A DNA stretch of 64,000 nt from Octopus bimaculoides (taxonomy: Eukaryota): contig NC_068985.1 in NCBI RefSeq assembly GCF_001194135.2, positions 86,101,249-86,165,248 of the forward strand, given 5' to 3'. Numbering within the stretch: the stretch's first letter is position 1; every line of letters begins with the position of its first letter. Position numbers and translations under genes: made by a program. The notes beneath the pieces are model-generated. The model was not told where the DNA came from. It saw only the letters and a program-made list of their open reading frames with translations, and did no database searches. Shown here piece by piece: positions 35,716 to 48,877 of the stretch.

Positions 35716-36051
35716 AATTTATTATAAAGTGTCAATACTTTTATTGCACACAAACATTCTAGTTACAAACACTATTTCTCTCAAATTTATTCAATTTTAA
35801 CATTTTTTTGTTTTCAAAGATTTCTAAAGTTTGTTAATTTACTTGGCATCTTCTCTCATCTTGTTCAAAAGGAAGATTTTTTGTTGTATTGGAAAGACTT
35901 TGGTAAAATAAGATGGGACCGTGGAATTGAGACTCCTGTATACCAATGTGAGATTAAAAAAAATTAAAACATGAATTAAATTATCAGGAAAAGTAGAGAT
36001 ATTCTTGTTTGAAGTTTTATTCATTAAAAAGAAATCATAGACAAAAAAATA

Positions 36052-37189
36052 TACAAGATGTTCAGGTTAAAATATTTTATGTCTCTTTTGTTCAGAAACA
36101 GTTTGATGTATTGGTGAATAGTCAATGGTGTTGGAGAGCATAAAGATTAAAGTTGCAGCCAAGAAAAAGTTAGCTGACTTGGAGAACTGGAAGCCATCTG
36201 AATATTGGAAAAGAGTCACCTGTATCATTATGGTTCACACTATGTATCGAAATGCTGACATGACTGCTGCTCAATGTTCTGTTCATGCTGTAAAGTCTGT
36301 AAGACATAACATGCACAGTTGCAACAGAGACTACACAGCAGTTGCCTGAAGGAAGGGATACAGCAAACGTTGTGAGGGTGATGTCATGCTGCCTGACATC
36401 TTTGAATAGGGTGTTAGGCTCTGTTAAGATATATGAACCTGCTGGAGACTGTGGTCAAACCCTGGCTGGAGTGGGTTGCTGTTCGAAGGCCGTAAGTGTG
36501 GCAGCAGGATGTGACTCTTTGCCATACGTTCAGAAAGAGTCAGAAGTGGTTGTTGGAGAATTTCTATGACTTCACCAGCCTTCATTTCTGGTCTCTCAAT
36601 TCCTCTGATTCTAATCCTATGGATTTCGATGCATGGATACATTTGAGAAAGACACCAACTGCTCTTCCTATTCAACCAAGGCTGAGCTGGTAGCCAAGAT
36701 GAAGAAAGTGTCTGAAGATCTTCTCAAAGGACACAGTGAGGACTGCATGCATCAGATTCTGGAGCCATCTTGAGGTTTTGATGGTAGCCGAGGGGGGTTA
36801 TTTTCAGTAAAATGCTATCACTCTGCCATAATTTCATTGATTTAAAAAAACAATACTTTTACATTTGGATGGAATATTGTGTTTACTTTTCCTTTTATGG
36901 CATTAGGAAGGGCATCCAGCCATAAAACTATGCTAAAACGACCGTGATGGTGGTCTGTAAAAAGCACTCAGTAATGTGGTTGGTGTTAAGAGGGGCATCC
37001 AGTGGTAAAAGTTGTATCAAAACAGAGCTTGGTGCAGTTCCTTACCTCCAGTCACACCATATCTAACCCATGCCAGCATGGAAGATGGGCATTAAATGGT
37101 GATGATGATGATAATGATATATGCTTATACATGTTTTTATTTATATAAATATAAACATATATGTATCCATATATTTCAACCATCTTATA
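36052..37189 (+). mobile_element. Internally deleted DD37D (maT-family) Tc1/mariner element with both TIRs
   Basis: WQQD-(37 aa)-D in QQDVTLCHTFRKSQKWLLENFYDFTSLHFWSLNSSDSNPMD. The N-terminal segment WKPSEYWKR...RKGYSKRCE is joined directly to GDVMLPDIFE. TIRs TACAAGATGTTCAGGTTAAAATAT (36052-36075) and ATATTTCAACCATCTTATA (37171-37189). Confidence 0.88.
36898..37118 (+). mobile_element. RTE 3' end nested inside the maT element
   Basis: Two AGGAAGGGCATCCAG-type cores and a (GAT)n tail between the transposase stop and the right TIR. Confidence 0.85.
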
Positions 37190-37799
37190 CAGCTAGTTTC
37201 AAACAACAAAGGTATTTTTTCATGTAACTCTCCCTCTCTCTCTCTCTAATTTGAATGTATAACTTAGTTAATTCTTTCTTCTAACAGATCATTCCTATAC
37301 ACAGTCCATGTAATAACATTAATAGTATTACATGTACCTTCTTCATTATCACATAACAGTAAATATCACCTGTGGGACATTCTAATGTATTTTAATGCAT
37401 ATATCTACACACTTATTGTGGTATTAATGTTATTGCTTGCTTTTCAATTTCGACAATATCTCATTTCTTTCTCTCCGTTATATGGCTGCCTTTGGTACTG
37501 ATTTGAAATTTAGTTATTACAATGTGTTTCGATTTCATATAAGCGTTCTGGTTTTCCTGACTCATATATTTCCCAGACTTTTTTTTATGTTTCACAAATG
37601 TTTCATTAAACAATGTGTTCAACAGGTGTGCGGGGGGGGGGGGATCACTAAATTCAGTTTGATAAACTAGTGCTTTACCTGTTGTATATCTTGTGTAAGT
37701 ATCATTTAGACTCTTTGTATATATTTTATCAAAACCAAGGCTTTGGTCCTTAATTCTTTGATTGGTGTCTATTGTGACATACAATGTGTCTTGGGCATT

Positions 37800-38015
37800 T
37801 TTAGGCCTGGTTCAGCCCATTCCTCAGAGACAATTTCTTTCAGAAAGAAAGACAGAAAAAATACCGAGTGTAAGAGAGCTGACCACTGGTATTGTATCTA
37901 TTGTCCTCAAAAAGGATAAAAGACAAATTTGACTTGAGCAGAATTTGAACTCAGAGTCAGAAGATCCAGAATGATTGCCACAAAGCAATCTTTCCAATTC
38001 ACTCATCATTCTGCC
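37800..38015 (-). mobile_element. SINE family E
   Basis: GGTATTGTATCTATTG...AAAGGATAAAAGACAAATTTGAC...GAATTTGAACTCAGAG. Confidence 0.65.
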
Positions 38016-38835
38016 TTATATTTTTCATATTTATAGAATTGCATATTGTTTGTTCTTGAAGACTGGCAAACACATGAGCTCAGCCTGATTTTTACTTATA
38101 TAATTAGGATTTTACCATTTCCACGTATTTCACTAAAAGCTTAGCGTTTTCTTATATTTTCTTATGTTTGTGAGTCCTCTGAGTTGGTTTTGAGCAGTTT
38201 TTTTCTATCTTTTGTTTTGCTTTAAAAAACTTTTCTTTCCTATGAATTCTTTAACATTGATTTTTCCAGTTCTTTCCAGTTCTTCCAGTAATAGAACCAC
38301 CCATTTTCTTGCACAACAACAACAACAACAATAATAATAGTGCATTATACCATTTTCTTTATTCGCTATACTCTATTTTTTTTCCTTTTTTTTCTCTCTC
38401 TTTCTTTTGCTGTCTTGGATTTCACCTGATAATGATGATATTCTTCAACATTAGGCATTAATTTACTGTTGCTCAAGTCTTCATTTAGTTTTTGGTAGAA
38501 TCTCTATTGTTTGGTATGGAACATGCAATTCTGCCTGTATTGATTTATTCTCTGTAGAAATCTATTAATTTTAATTGTTGCCAACATAAGTCATTCCTCC
38601 AATCACAAACTCAAAACCATTTCTCTTCATTTCTTTTTGTCACGATCCAAATATTTTACCACCTTTTTCCTCTCAGTCGTATTTCTTCTTATCCACACTC
38701 AGCTTTCTTCCATCATTTCTCTGACTTTTCATTTATTTCTATCAAGTTTAGTCTTCATTTCCCAGCAATATACTTCTTAATGATAATAATTAAGTTATTT
38801 TCCTCTCTACTACTATCAGTTCCAATGTAATTTAC

Positions 38836-38879
38836 TTTGGCATAATCATGGCATTCACCTGACTTGTCTCTACCTTCAC
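38836..38879 (-). CDS. Weak candidate micro-exon (21 or 44 nt)
   Basis: Acceptor CATCTTACTTTCAG. Donors CAG|GTGAAT (exon 38859-38879) or AAA|GTAAAT (exon 38836-38879). Phase 1 reads EGRDKSGECHDYAK. Confidence 0.15.
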
Positions 38880-39454
38880 CTGAAAGTAAGATGTCTCCAT
38901 GAATAAGAAATTAATTGATGTTCACATAAATCATTTGTTCAAATCCAGAACACAAAGTATTTCTTTTAAAATTAATCTCTGGTCATGGGTAATACTCAAC
39001 CTAGACTGATAAGCTCGACTGATGCTTTGTCTGAACATTTGTTGCTCAAAGTCTACAGAGAAGAAGAAACAAGGACGTTGGTAACTCAAAAATATGGTAA
39101 CCTTACTAACACAGACACTTTAGGCATTTGAATTACCATTTCTGTTCCGTTGTAAATGGACACAATTGTATATAACAAGGATTTTATTCCCCAACCTAAC
39201 TATTCTACTTATCCACTGTACCCAATAAAAATTAAAGAAGATGAAATATTTCACTTGATAGTGTTTTTATATTTGGATGGTGTTTTGACATATTTTACCA
39301 AAATATTGCCATTTAGGCAAGCTACATCACTTAGCATACAAGTCTTCGAACAATTGATGACTACTTGGTTTGATCTTATGTCATTGTGTGCATGCATGTG
39401 TGTGTGTAATATATATTTTATGTGTATGTGTGTGCATGTTTGTATATATATATC

Positions 39455-40100
39455 ATCCTCATCATCATCATTTAACAGCCATGTTCCAAGGTATTATGGA
39501 TTTGATGGTTTAACAAGATTTGATGTGTCCAAGGGCTGCATTGTGCTCCAATATCTGTTTTGGCAGGGTTTTTGTGACTGGATGCCCCTCCTTTTGAATG
39601 TCAAACACTTTACAGCATGGACAAGGGGATTTTTCATACCACTCTCACTATTGAGGTCATCATGTAGCTCCCAGAATTACAAACCCTTGCAGAAAGTGAG
39701 TGGTCAGCTTCATGTTAGTGAAGGAGATTGAACAATGAGAAGTGGTGGTGGTGGGGAGGTTCTTGTAGGGGGAGGAGAGAAAATGGGTTGTAGGAGCTGA
39801 AAGAGATAGCTAATGAGAATGAGTTCCTAAGTGACCCCTACAAGGCACAAGATGAGTTGGTGAATCAGTTTACAAGTTTGTATGTGAAGGAGATGAGGGT
39901 ACAGGGGATGATGGGGAGGCAGACTGCCAGAATAGATAGGGTTGAAGAGTAAATGAGCAGGGAGCCATGAGTTGGTGGAGATGGAGGGATGCAAAAGAGA
40001 GTGCATCATACCCTTCCTGGATCATACCCTTCCCAATGCCAATCCCTTTACAGTGAGTAACGATTGCTTTTTTGGTGCCACTGGTACTCAAGACATTTTC
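39455..40100 (-). mobile_element. RTE 3' end with long 3' UTR, decayed
   Basis: Reverse tail CATCATCATTTAACAGCC, ACTGGATGCCCCTCC core, purine-rich upstream UTR on the + strand. Confidence 0.65.
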
Positions 40101-41869
40101 ATGCAGCCTACAAGATGAAAATCTCTTTGACTGAGTGGGTCTACTGTAGGGAGAAATATTGCTTTATGCTATGGGATGAAGGGTCCAAAACAGAATAGGT
40201 TTCTTGCTGTAGGGGAGCTACACAACTCCTGATAGACCTCTGTTCTCGATATTTTAATAAGTTCACTTTATATTTTAATATATTTAAATGGGTCACTAAT
40301 TTGCTCTTAAATGTCTGAAATTTTGTATAGAGGAACATCTTCTAGATGAAAAGGTCGTGAAGAATGTAACTTTTTCTGACAGCTCCAATAAACCCTGGAC
40401 AAGACTGCATATCACAACCACCACCACCAACACTATCACCATCATCACCATTGCTGTAACTCTCCCTCTCTCCAGGCCTTGGCAATCCTTTACCTCCATG
40501 CCCTCCTGACCACACAAAACTGATGCTAGTTTCTGTTCAGTAACAAAGGGTTGGCAGAATCAATAAAACTTCAAACAAAATACCTTGTAGTATTTATTTA
40601 AATTCCATTTTTATTCAAAGGATGACATTGCCTTTCATCTTTATGGGTTCAATGAAACAAACTACCAGTCATATGCTTGGGTTCATTCAATTGATTACAC
40701 ATGCAGAACATTTCTGGCCTTGAGTCTTCGTTCAATTATCTGTTACTTCGTTTTATAATCATATTTAGTATTTCATCTAATTAAGTATTAAACTTCATCA
40801 GCTCAGATAAAGGGTTTATTTTAATCTCAATATTGGTTTAAAATTTCAGTTAAATACTTTATACCAGAAATGAAATGATTTGAGCTGAGTGGGTGGTGCT
40901 AGATTCCCTTGTTCGTCGTATAGCCAGCTGGAGATGATGTCTCCTGGGGCTAATTTACAGCAACATTCATCCTAAAGTAGGACTGCCATGTTATCGTGGC
41001 AAAAATCTTTACTATTATAATAATATTCAGATTTTGCTTTGTGTCTCTATGAGCTGAGTTCAAATCTCACCCAGAGACTGCAAGGGACAGCAAGTTATAA
41101 GTTCAAGCAAACATTATGATAGGATGGCTGGTTACTTTGTTAAAACCTTAAACCCAGAGATTAAGTGGTCTACTGTTTCTATCCCATCGTTGCAGTATCG
41201 GCACTTTGGGTCTACACCATTTTTCATCACATTGTCTTGATAGTTCAGAGTCAATAAGCTCCGAACAGCCAAAATAAAGCCGTCACTTTCTGCCTTTGGC
41301 CCTGAGCTCCATAGCCAGTGATGGGTGCACTTCTAGTATACATCAGCTGCTCAAGAGGCCACACAATGGGACTGAACCTGGAACCATGTGGTTGGGAAGC
41401 AAACTTGTTACTACACAGCTGTGCCTGTGTTTACAAACCTGCTCTGAATTTTAAAACAGTTTCCATGAATATCTAAGTACATGTGTATGTGTGTGTGCGA
41501 TTGTATATTTAGGTAGATGAGACAGAGATTGTGTGTATGGATATTTGATGTCTAGTCAGACACTGGTGAGAATTCTATAAAATATATAAAAATGTGTAGC
41601 CTTAAGTCAGACATAAACACTTTAATCTTTATTATAGATGGAAGGAATTTAGGATAAATACCTTTAATTAAAAGCAAAAAAAAAAATAAAAGATCTAATT
41701 AAGGTGGTGAAACATTAGAGTTATTACAATGTTGTATAATTTGATGATAATATTGATGTATTTGATGATAATATTGAGGTTCATTGGGTACAAACAACAA
41801 ACACCATTGACTACGGAAGCAGACAATTTGATAGTCTGTTGATGTGATTAAAGTGTTTTTATTTGGTAC

Positions 41870-42166
41870 TCTGTTGGTTATGATGATGAGGGTTCCAATT
41901 GATCCAATCAATGGAACAGCCTGCTCGGGAAATTCACGGGCAAGTGGCTGAAGACTCCACAGACATGTATACCCTTAATGCAGTTCTCAAAGAGATTCAA
42001 AGAATGTAACAAGACTGGTCCTTTGAATTACAAGTACAGCTCATTTTAGCCAGCTGTGTGTGAAATAAAGTGTCTTGCTCAAGGACACAATTCACCACTG
42101 GGAATCGAACTGATAACCTCATGGCTGGGAGTTGAATACCTTTACCACTAAGTCATGTGCCTTCAC
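41870..42166 (-). mobile_element. SINE family A, full length
   Basis: Inverted tail GGGTTCCAATTGATCC, GTCTTGCTCAAGGACAC body, GGGAATCGAAC inverted B-box. Confidence 0.85.
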
Positions 42167-42274
42167 TGTGGTAAATTGTTTTTCTATGGTAAAAATATAT
42201 TAGATTGGAACACACACACACACACACACACACATTCAAAGCAATGTGGCAACCTCTACCTGGTTGTTACATCT

Positions 42275-42470
42275 GCTAAAAACATCAACTAAATCTCCCT
42301 CATGTTGTGCACTATTTCTTCAAAAAAGAGGAATGCATTGGATGATGTATTCCTAGATATGCATTGCTTGAGAGATGGATAGGTATGATGATGGCTGGAA
42401 CATAAGCAAATCTATTGGATCAGAGATGCTTTAGATGGAAGGTTAACAACAACAGTATCAACAGCATACA
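42275..42470 (+). mobile_element. Family F retroposon 3' end
   Basis: CTGCTAAAAACATCAACTAAATCTCCCTC...GATGGCTGGAAC...(AAC)n. Confidence 0.55.
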
Positions 42471-44287
42471 CACACACACACAACAAACACACATAAACAC
42501 ATACACAAACACAAAGCATGCACACACACACACATAAATATTTTTGGATCCTCATAAACATTTCCCTCATAATCTTGTATCAAATTCTATGGGTCAATAA
42601 AATTAGAATCAGTCAAGTCCTGCGGTCAATGTAAATTACTAGCCACCCCTGCCCTGCCCCCCAAATTTCAAGCTTTGGGTCTTTAGCAGAAAGGATTATT
42701 ACTTTTATTATTATCAAGATCGTCATCCTCTCAGTTTCCTTAAGGCTTATCTTCTTAATTTTAATTTTGCTGAATATAAATTGAAGAACACTCTTTGGTG
42801 TTTATTTAACAATTATTTTTTATTTACTGATTTATTTGTCCCTTACATTCACACACACACACACACACAGACACGTTTATAATCATGAATGTCAGGTCTC
42901 ACTCTTCAGTGCTACTGGTTACATATGATGCAGTACATCCAGTTGCATGGTTAGACTGTTGGGGACCGAACAGGCAATGGCACCAAGCATGCTTAAAGAC
43001 TGGTAGTTTCTGAAGACTCGGTAGGATGAAAAATAAAACCTGTTAAAGAGCAGAAGAACTGAGAATTGTAAACAGCCATCTAATTGCATGATATATATTT
43101 GTATGTTTTAAGGCATAAAAATTTCTGATCTGATACCCTGGTATGCATTTAGCCCAAAAGGGTGCGTTTGACTCTATGGGAAAAGCACCTAATCCAGATG
43201 ATGGAGAACTCTAAAAGAAAAGCCAAAATTATGTTGTTCATAGAATTTATGGCAAACAGTGGCACCAAGTTTCTGCTATCAACATTTCTAAAAAGTGTGG
43301 TTGGTCCAGCACAAACCTTCACCACTGAAAACAAATCATCTGTGTGGGGGGTCTGATGGCTTATGGCTATTGGACCCACATACATCAAAACCAATGGGAG
43401 AATCCACTATATGTATGTATGTGTGTGTGTGTGTATTATATTTGTCCAAAATATATGATTAGCTACTTTCTATGAAGTTTAGCCATATGTATATAGTTTG
43501 GACAGCATAAATTAGTAGTAGTAGTAGTAGTATTAGCAGTAGTGGTGGTGGTTGTGGCAGAAACCCTTTGTATCAATAATACTATTTGGCAAACAGTCTA
43601 TAAATGCGTGCACAATGCAAAGCTATTTTGGCAAATGTTTGTCAGTCGAGGTAAGCCTTAAAAATGAATTAACCAGCGAGAAAAAGCTAGGGAGGAACAC
43701 AATTGTGGACATAAATCTAATCCATTTTAACAAAGTGTACGCAATGCAAAAAGATATATAAACCATGAATTGCTCAACGAGTGAAGGATTTTTATGACAC
43801 CTACGATCTATCCTTTGTGTTGGCACAGAACTGATTGGCAGTATAAAAACATCATCTGTGCTCCAAGCTGTTTGGTCATGCGAATAATTTTAAGCAAATA
43901 TCTAATGATACTGAGAGACAGAGAGAGTCAGAGGAAAGGAGAGAAAGAGGGAGAGAGAGAGAGAGAGATAAACGAAGTTCTATTTATTTTGCTAAAGCAA
44001 TAGGATTAAACATTCTCCATTGGACGATATAGTCTGAGTCGTAATGCTACAAAAATACCTGAACTGTTTGTTACTCTATTTAATATTTGCTGCAGAACAC
44101 CCATAATCATACATTCACAGCTTTTGTGTTTAGTAACAGGGAGATATTTTTTGAAGCATTTTTTCAAGCCCCTTTGAGGGAGAGCGAAAAAAAAAATCAT
44201 TGAACTAGGCATAAAAATAAATGGTAAATTGCATAATCAAATTGTTCTTTGTTTTCGTTATAGTTTTTTTTACTTTAAAAATATTTA

Positions 44288-44290
<3 letters not shown>

Positions 44291-44362
<72 letters not shown>
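44291..44362. repeat. (AT)n microsatellite
   Basis: Directly visible. Confidence 0.95.
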
Positions 44363-44367
<5 letters not shown>

Positions 44368-44915
44368 TATGCATATATACACAACAAGCAATGTGGCTTA
44401 TAAAATACTAATAATTTTTCTACTTAGCATGAATGTGAGCTGGTTGTACTGGAAATGCTAGAGTTATAAAACATCAAAATGCAGCCACTTCATAGAATAT
44501 CTAACAGTGTTCTTTTTTTTTTTTAATCTTCAAACCAAAAATAGTTAAGTGCTTAAAAAAGTATAACAACAACAACAACATAAGAGGTGCATCAGAATTA
44601 TAAGATAAAGACTTTTTTCAAAATGAATTCTTTTTCCTAAAAATGATGGAATGCTGAAAAGCTACCTAATTAAATTTCTAATATTGAAAATAGTTTAAAT
44701 TTGAATATCAAGAAGAATTTTAATATAATAGGCTTAATTGTAAAATAGAAGGAAATCAGTTAACAAGCAATATGACATCAATTTCCATGAAATAATTTTA
44801 GGAGAAATATCCCTGTGGATAGAGAAGAGCATTTTGCTGTTAAAGAGTCATAGGAACTTGGTGCTTATACTACAAAGATGCCTGTGAATTTTCTCCAACA
44901 TACCATAAGGAAGTG

Positions 44916-44960
44916 TTTTTCTTTTTTCTTTCTTTCTTTCTCTTTTGCCTTCAGGTAAGT
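44916..44960 (+). promoter_or_regulatory. Candidate recursive splice site (3'SS directly abutting a 5'SS)
   Basis: A 37-nt pyrimidine tract (44916-44952, one G) is followed by AG|GTAAGT, with the junction at 44954/44955. Confidence 0.45.
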
Positions 44961-47520
44961 GAATGAGTGTCAAGAGAAAACAGGCTTTTAAGCAGAGCTA
45001 CTGTGAGCTTTAATCAGAATCAGCAGAAAGTTGAGTGCGGGGGAAAATTATTTGCTTCCAATCAAACACAGAATCCTGGGAGATATAAAAGTTATAATTG
45101 AAAATATTCTCAACCATTCTGGTTATCGGGTGCATCAGTTACTAATTAGAAGAAAATTTCAACAATATGCTACCATAATTTTCACAAAAGCTGGATTTAA
45201 AGATCATGACTTGACAATAGTCTTCATATGTGTGTGGGAATTAATCGAATACAACACTGGCATATCTTCTTCACAATCTTCTTTCTTTACAAGTAGTTGA
45301 TGATGGAGATTTCCCTCTCTCATTATCTCCCATTCTTTCTTTCTTTTTTCCCTTCCATCTTCAAGAAACTATAGAAATAGTTGCCTAAGTATTAATAGTA
45401 ATATAGGTCAGCATCATTATCTCTAATTACTCTCAGAGAAAATCACAGCAGTTTTGTCCATACTGGAGCCTTGTTACAAATACCATTAAATCTTAATATA
45501 ATTACTGAATTAGTGAAGAAAAAAAATAACATATTTCTTCAATAATTATAACAACAATAATAATAATAATAATGACGATGATGATGATGATGATGATAAC
45601 AATAGCAACAACAACAACAACATATTTATTTTTACCTGCAGGAATGATAAATAGAGCAATACATCTAACAATTTTATTTAAATTTAGATATCCATACATA
45701 ATCACTGATATCATTCCAATGGGAAATACACTTACTGACTACTGGAGGGGAAAAAATAGCATTGCAATCATACCTTTCCCAGGTAAATTAGTGAATTAAA
45801 TGAAGTAAGAATTCCATATAAAATTTATAAATTGTAATGGTAAATAAACATGGAATGATGGCAATTAAGAAGACAAGAATGGCTCTCTGGTTAAAAAGTT
45901 TGTTTTGTGAGTGAGTGTTTCTGGTTGTTGAGCAAACACTGTCGTTTTCTATCGCATCATACTGATCAATACGTTGTGTATAGAATTTGGCAGACAGAAA
46001 ATGTCTATATATGGACATCACATGACCATACACCAGCAAAGTCTTCTCTCTTGCACACTACATTCGTTTCCTCTTATGTTCTGCTTTTCTCTCGGCTTAT
46101 TTATATTCAATCATTCATGTACACAAGTATTAAACATCAAGTGGAACAGGCTTGATCCAATTCTCTGTGTTTGTGTTTATATATGCAAACACAGAAAGAG
46201 AGAGAGAGAGAATGAGGACTCTTTCATTCTTGGAGGGGACAAAGGGCAATTTCACAAACACTAGTTGAAGACGTGACAAGCCCTTAAGTACTGATACCAC
46301 CATAAGAAGCATCCAATCATCTCAGAAGTGATTTGAAGTAAGAAGGACATGCAGCTATAGAAACCACACCAAAATGGAAAATATGAATGAAGTGTGTCCC
46401 CCTAGGAGAATAGCAACTGTAAACAACATCAGTTTAACAAGAAGTTTGTATCATTTAACCAGGGATGGTCTCAGGTGGAGTGGCATCAGAATGATGAATT
46501 GGTTTTGTGTGGAGAAAGGGGATGTACCCATAGTTGTGTGACATCTCCACCTTGATGCTAGGATTACTGAGATTGAAGTGATTGATGTTCTGTTTAACGA
46601 AATAAAAGTTAATGGCTGCAAGGGGGTGGGGGTCAACATTGTTGTGTGGAGGAAGGACTGGTCAAGTCAGTAGGTGTGAAGATGTTTCCTTCACAGCAAA
46701 GTAGAACATTGGACCATTTTGGTATATTCACTGGTGAATTGTTTTCAAAATATTTTCTAAGATAACAAGTGACACATGATGTCTGAAATAGAAAGGCCAC
46801 AAGCATTCTTACAAAGCTCCAAGACAAAACTGGAGACATTAATTTTCAAAAAACAAAAAAAACAAAATAAAGAATGGAGATGTAAAAAAAGATAAATAAA
46901 AAAAAAATGGTGCGAAGAAAATGTCTTGATTCAATCTCGATTTAATATATGAAACTTGAAGGTTTTGGAGATATTTTGGGAATTCAAATTTTTGTTCTTT
47001 TGTTTTCTTTTTGTATTCATTGTCCTTCTTAGCAAACAGATAGCAAAAAAAAAAGAAGAAAAACAAGAGAAATGACAGGAAGAAGAAAAAGATTGAATAA
47101 ATGAATGTATGTAAAATCATGGAGACACAGACACACAGTTTGGTATATCCACTCAAATATGTGTGTATGTGTGTATATATATATACATATATTTACACAC
47201 ACACNNNNNNNNNNNNNNNNNNNNNNNNNNNNNNNNNNNNNNNNNNNNNNNNNNNNNNNNNNNNNNNNNNNNNNNNNNNNNNNNNNNNNNNNNNNNNNNN
47301 NNNNNNNNNNNNNNNNNNNNNNNNNNNNNNNNNNNNNNNNNNNNNNNNNNNNNNNNNNNNNNNNNNNNNNNNNNNNNNNNNNNNNNNNNNNNNNNNNNNN
47401 NNNNNNNNNNNNNNNNNNNNNNNNNNNNNNNNNNNNNNNNNNNNNNNNNNNNNNNNNNNNNNNNNNNNNNNNNNNNNNNNNNNNNNNNNNNNNNNNNNNN
47501 NNNNNNNNNNNNNNNNNNNN

Positions 47521-47561
<41 letters not shown>

Positions 47562-47656
47562 ATAGACATATGCATATGTACACACAAACAGTTGCAAGTA
47601 GCCACAAAAATACACATACCTATAGATATATTTAAACACATTCACGTCTATTTTGG

Positions 47657-47695
<39 letters not shown>

Positions 47696-48014
47696 CACTA
47701 TTGTATGGAACGTAGAAAACTAGCAACTCTTAAATTGACTATCAACAAACTGGAGTTTTCCAACAGATGAACTTCTTTATACGACTGACACTTCTCTTTA
47801 GACTAGAGCAGTTACCCACAGTTCTTAAATACTAAAGTTAACTTCTGTTATGTCAGATGGATGGCTATGATGACAGGCTGACAGCTAAAAAGCTCAGCAA
47901 TTCATAGTATTCTGTCCATGTTGAAAACATCTAACTGTCAATGACCGTCAAATGCATTTAACTATAAAAAAAAATGTCACATTCAGTTGTTTTACTCTTT
48001 ACTGAATTTGGAGA

Positions 48015-48248
48015 TCAAACCCTTTTCTAAGCACATTTCTCTTGAAATTCACTGCCCTTATTTCAATTTAGAAAAATTTAGAAAGATTTAGAAAAATAGC
48101 TTTATTATCATTATTAAGCTAGTGATTCAACCATATATTAACATGAAATTTTTAACGGAATATCTTAATTTAGATCTCTTTAAAACAAGAAGTTTATCTC
48201 AGAGAATCAGGTTGGAGAGTAAGGATCACAGATGCATTTGAGTTAAAT
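48015..48248. mobile_element. TTAA-type MITE, degenerate
   Basis: Starts AAACCCTTTTCT and ends GAGTTAA, with an AT-rich body of a recurrent cephalopod MITE recalled from memory. The TIRs are poor. Confidence 0.4.
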
Positions 48249-48589
48249 ATTGTTAAGATTAAATTCAGAATCATATCTGGGAAATGTCAGGAAATTGGTT
48301 TTGTACACAAATTCTAATTTTAGTTGATGCTTAAGTGATGACCCACTGTGTCAGAGGGCCACACCTTAAAGCGTTTGTATTTCTAGGCACAAAAGTGGCT
48401 GGGCAGTAAGGGAGGTTTTGGACTCAGTCCCACTGTTCAGGTCCTTGAACATATGTGTGTTACCATAGCTTTGGACTAATGAATGCCTTTGGGTGCATTT
48501 GCAAGACACAAGCTGAATGAGATGCATTTATGTTTGTACATGTATATGTCTGTGTGTGTTACTGTCTCCTAATTTTGGCATTGTGTGGT

Positions 48590-48835
48590 TTGTGCCATGT
48601 GAAAAGCAATGGCACTCATGACATGAAAAATCACTCATGCTGGTGCCACATAAAAAGCATCCAGTACACTCTGTAAATTGGCTGAAATAAGGAAGGGCAT
48701 CCTGCTGTAGAAATCATAGCAAACAGATAATGGAGCCTGGTGCAGCTCTATGGCTTGCCATCTCCTATCAAACCATCCAACCCATGCCAACATGGATAAT
48801 GGACGTTACATGACGATGATGATGATGACAATGAA
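48590..48835 (+). mobile_element. RTE 3' end
   Basis: AGGAAGGGCATCCTGCTGTAGAAA core, GGACGTTACATGACGATGATG tail. Confidence 0.85.
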
Positions 48836-48877
48836 GTGTCATACAATTAGTGTCCTTCACTTTCAGTCACCATTGTT

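Noticed and set aside
45031-45300. 89-aa ORF just downstream of the recursive site
   Set aside because: Non-ATG start, no recognisable domain and no flanking acceptor or donor.
45788-46039. 83-aa - strand ORF with a transmembrane-like segment
   Set aside because: Its 5' end is an RTE remnant (LVYGHVM, from RRLRWYGHVM). Hydrophobic runs are expected in T-rich sequence, and there are no convincing splice sites.
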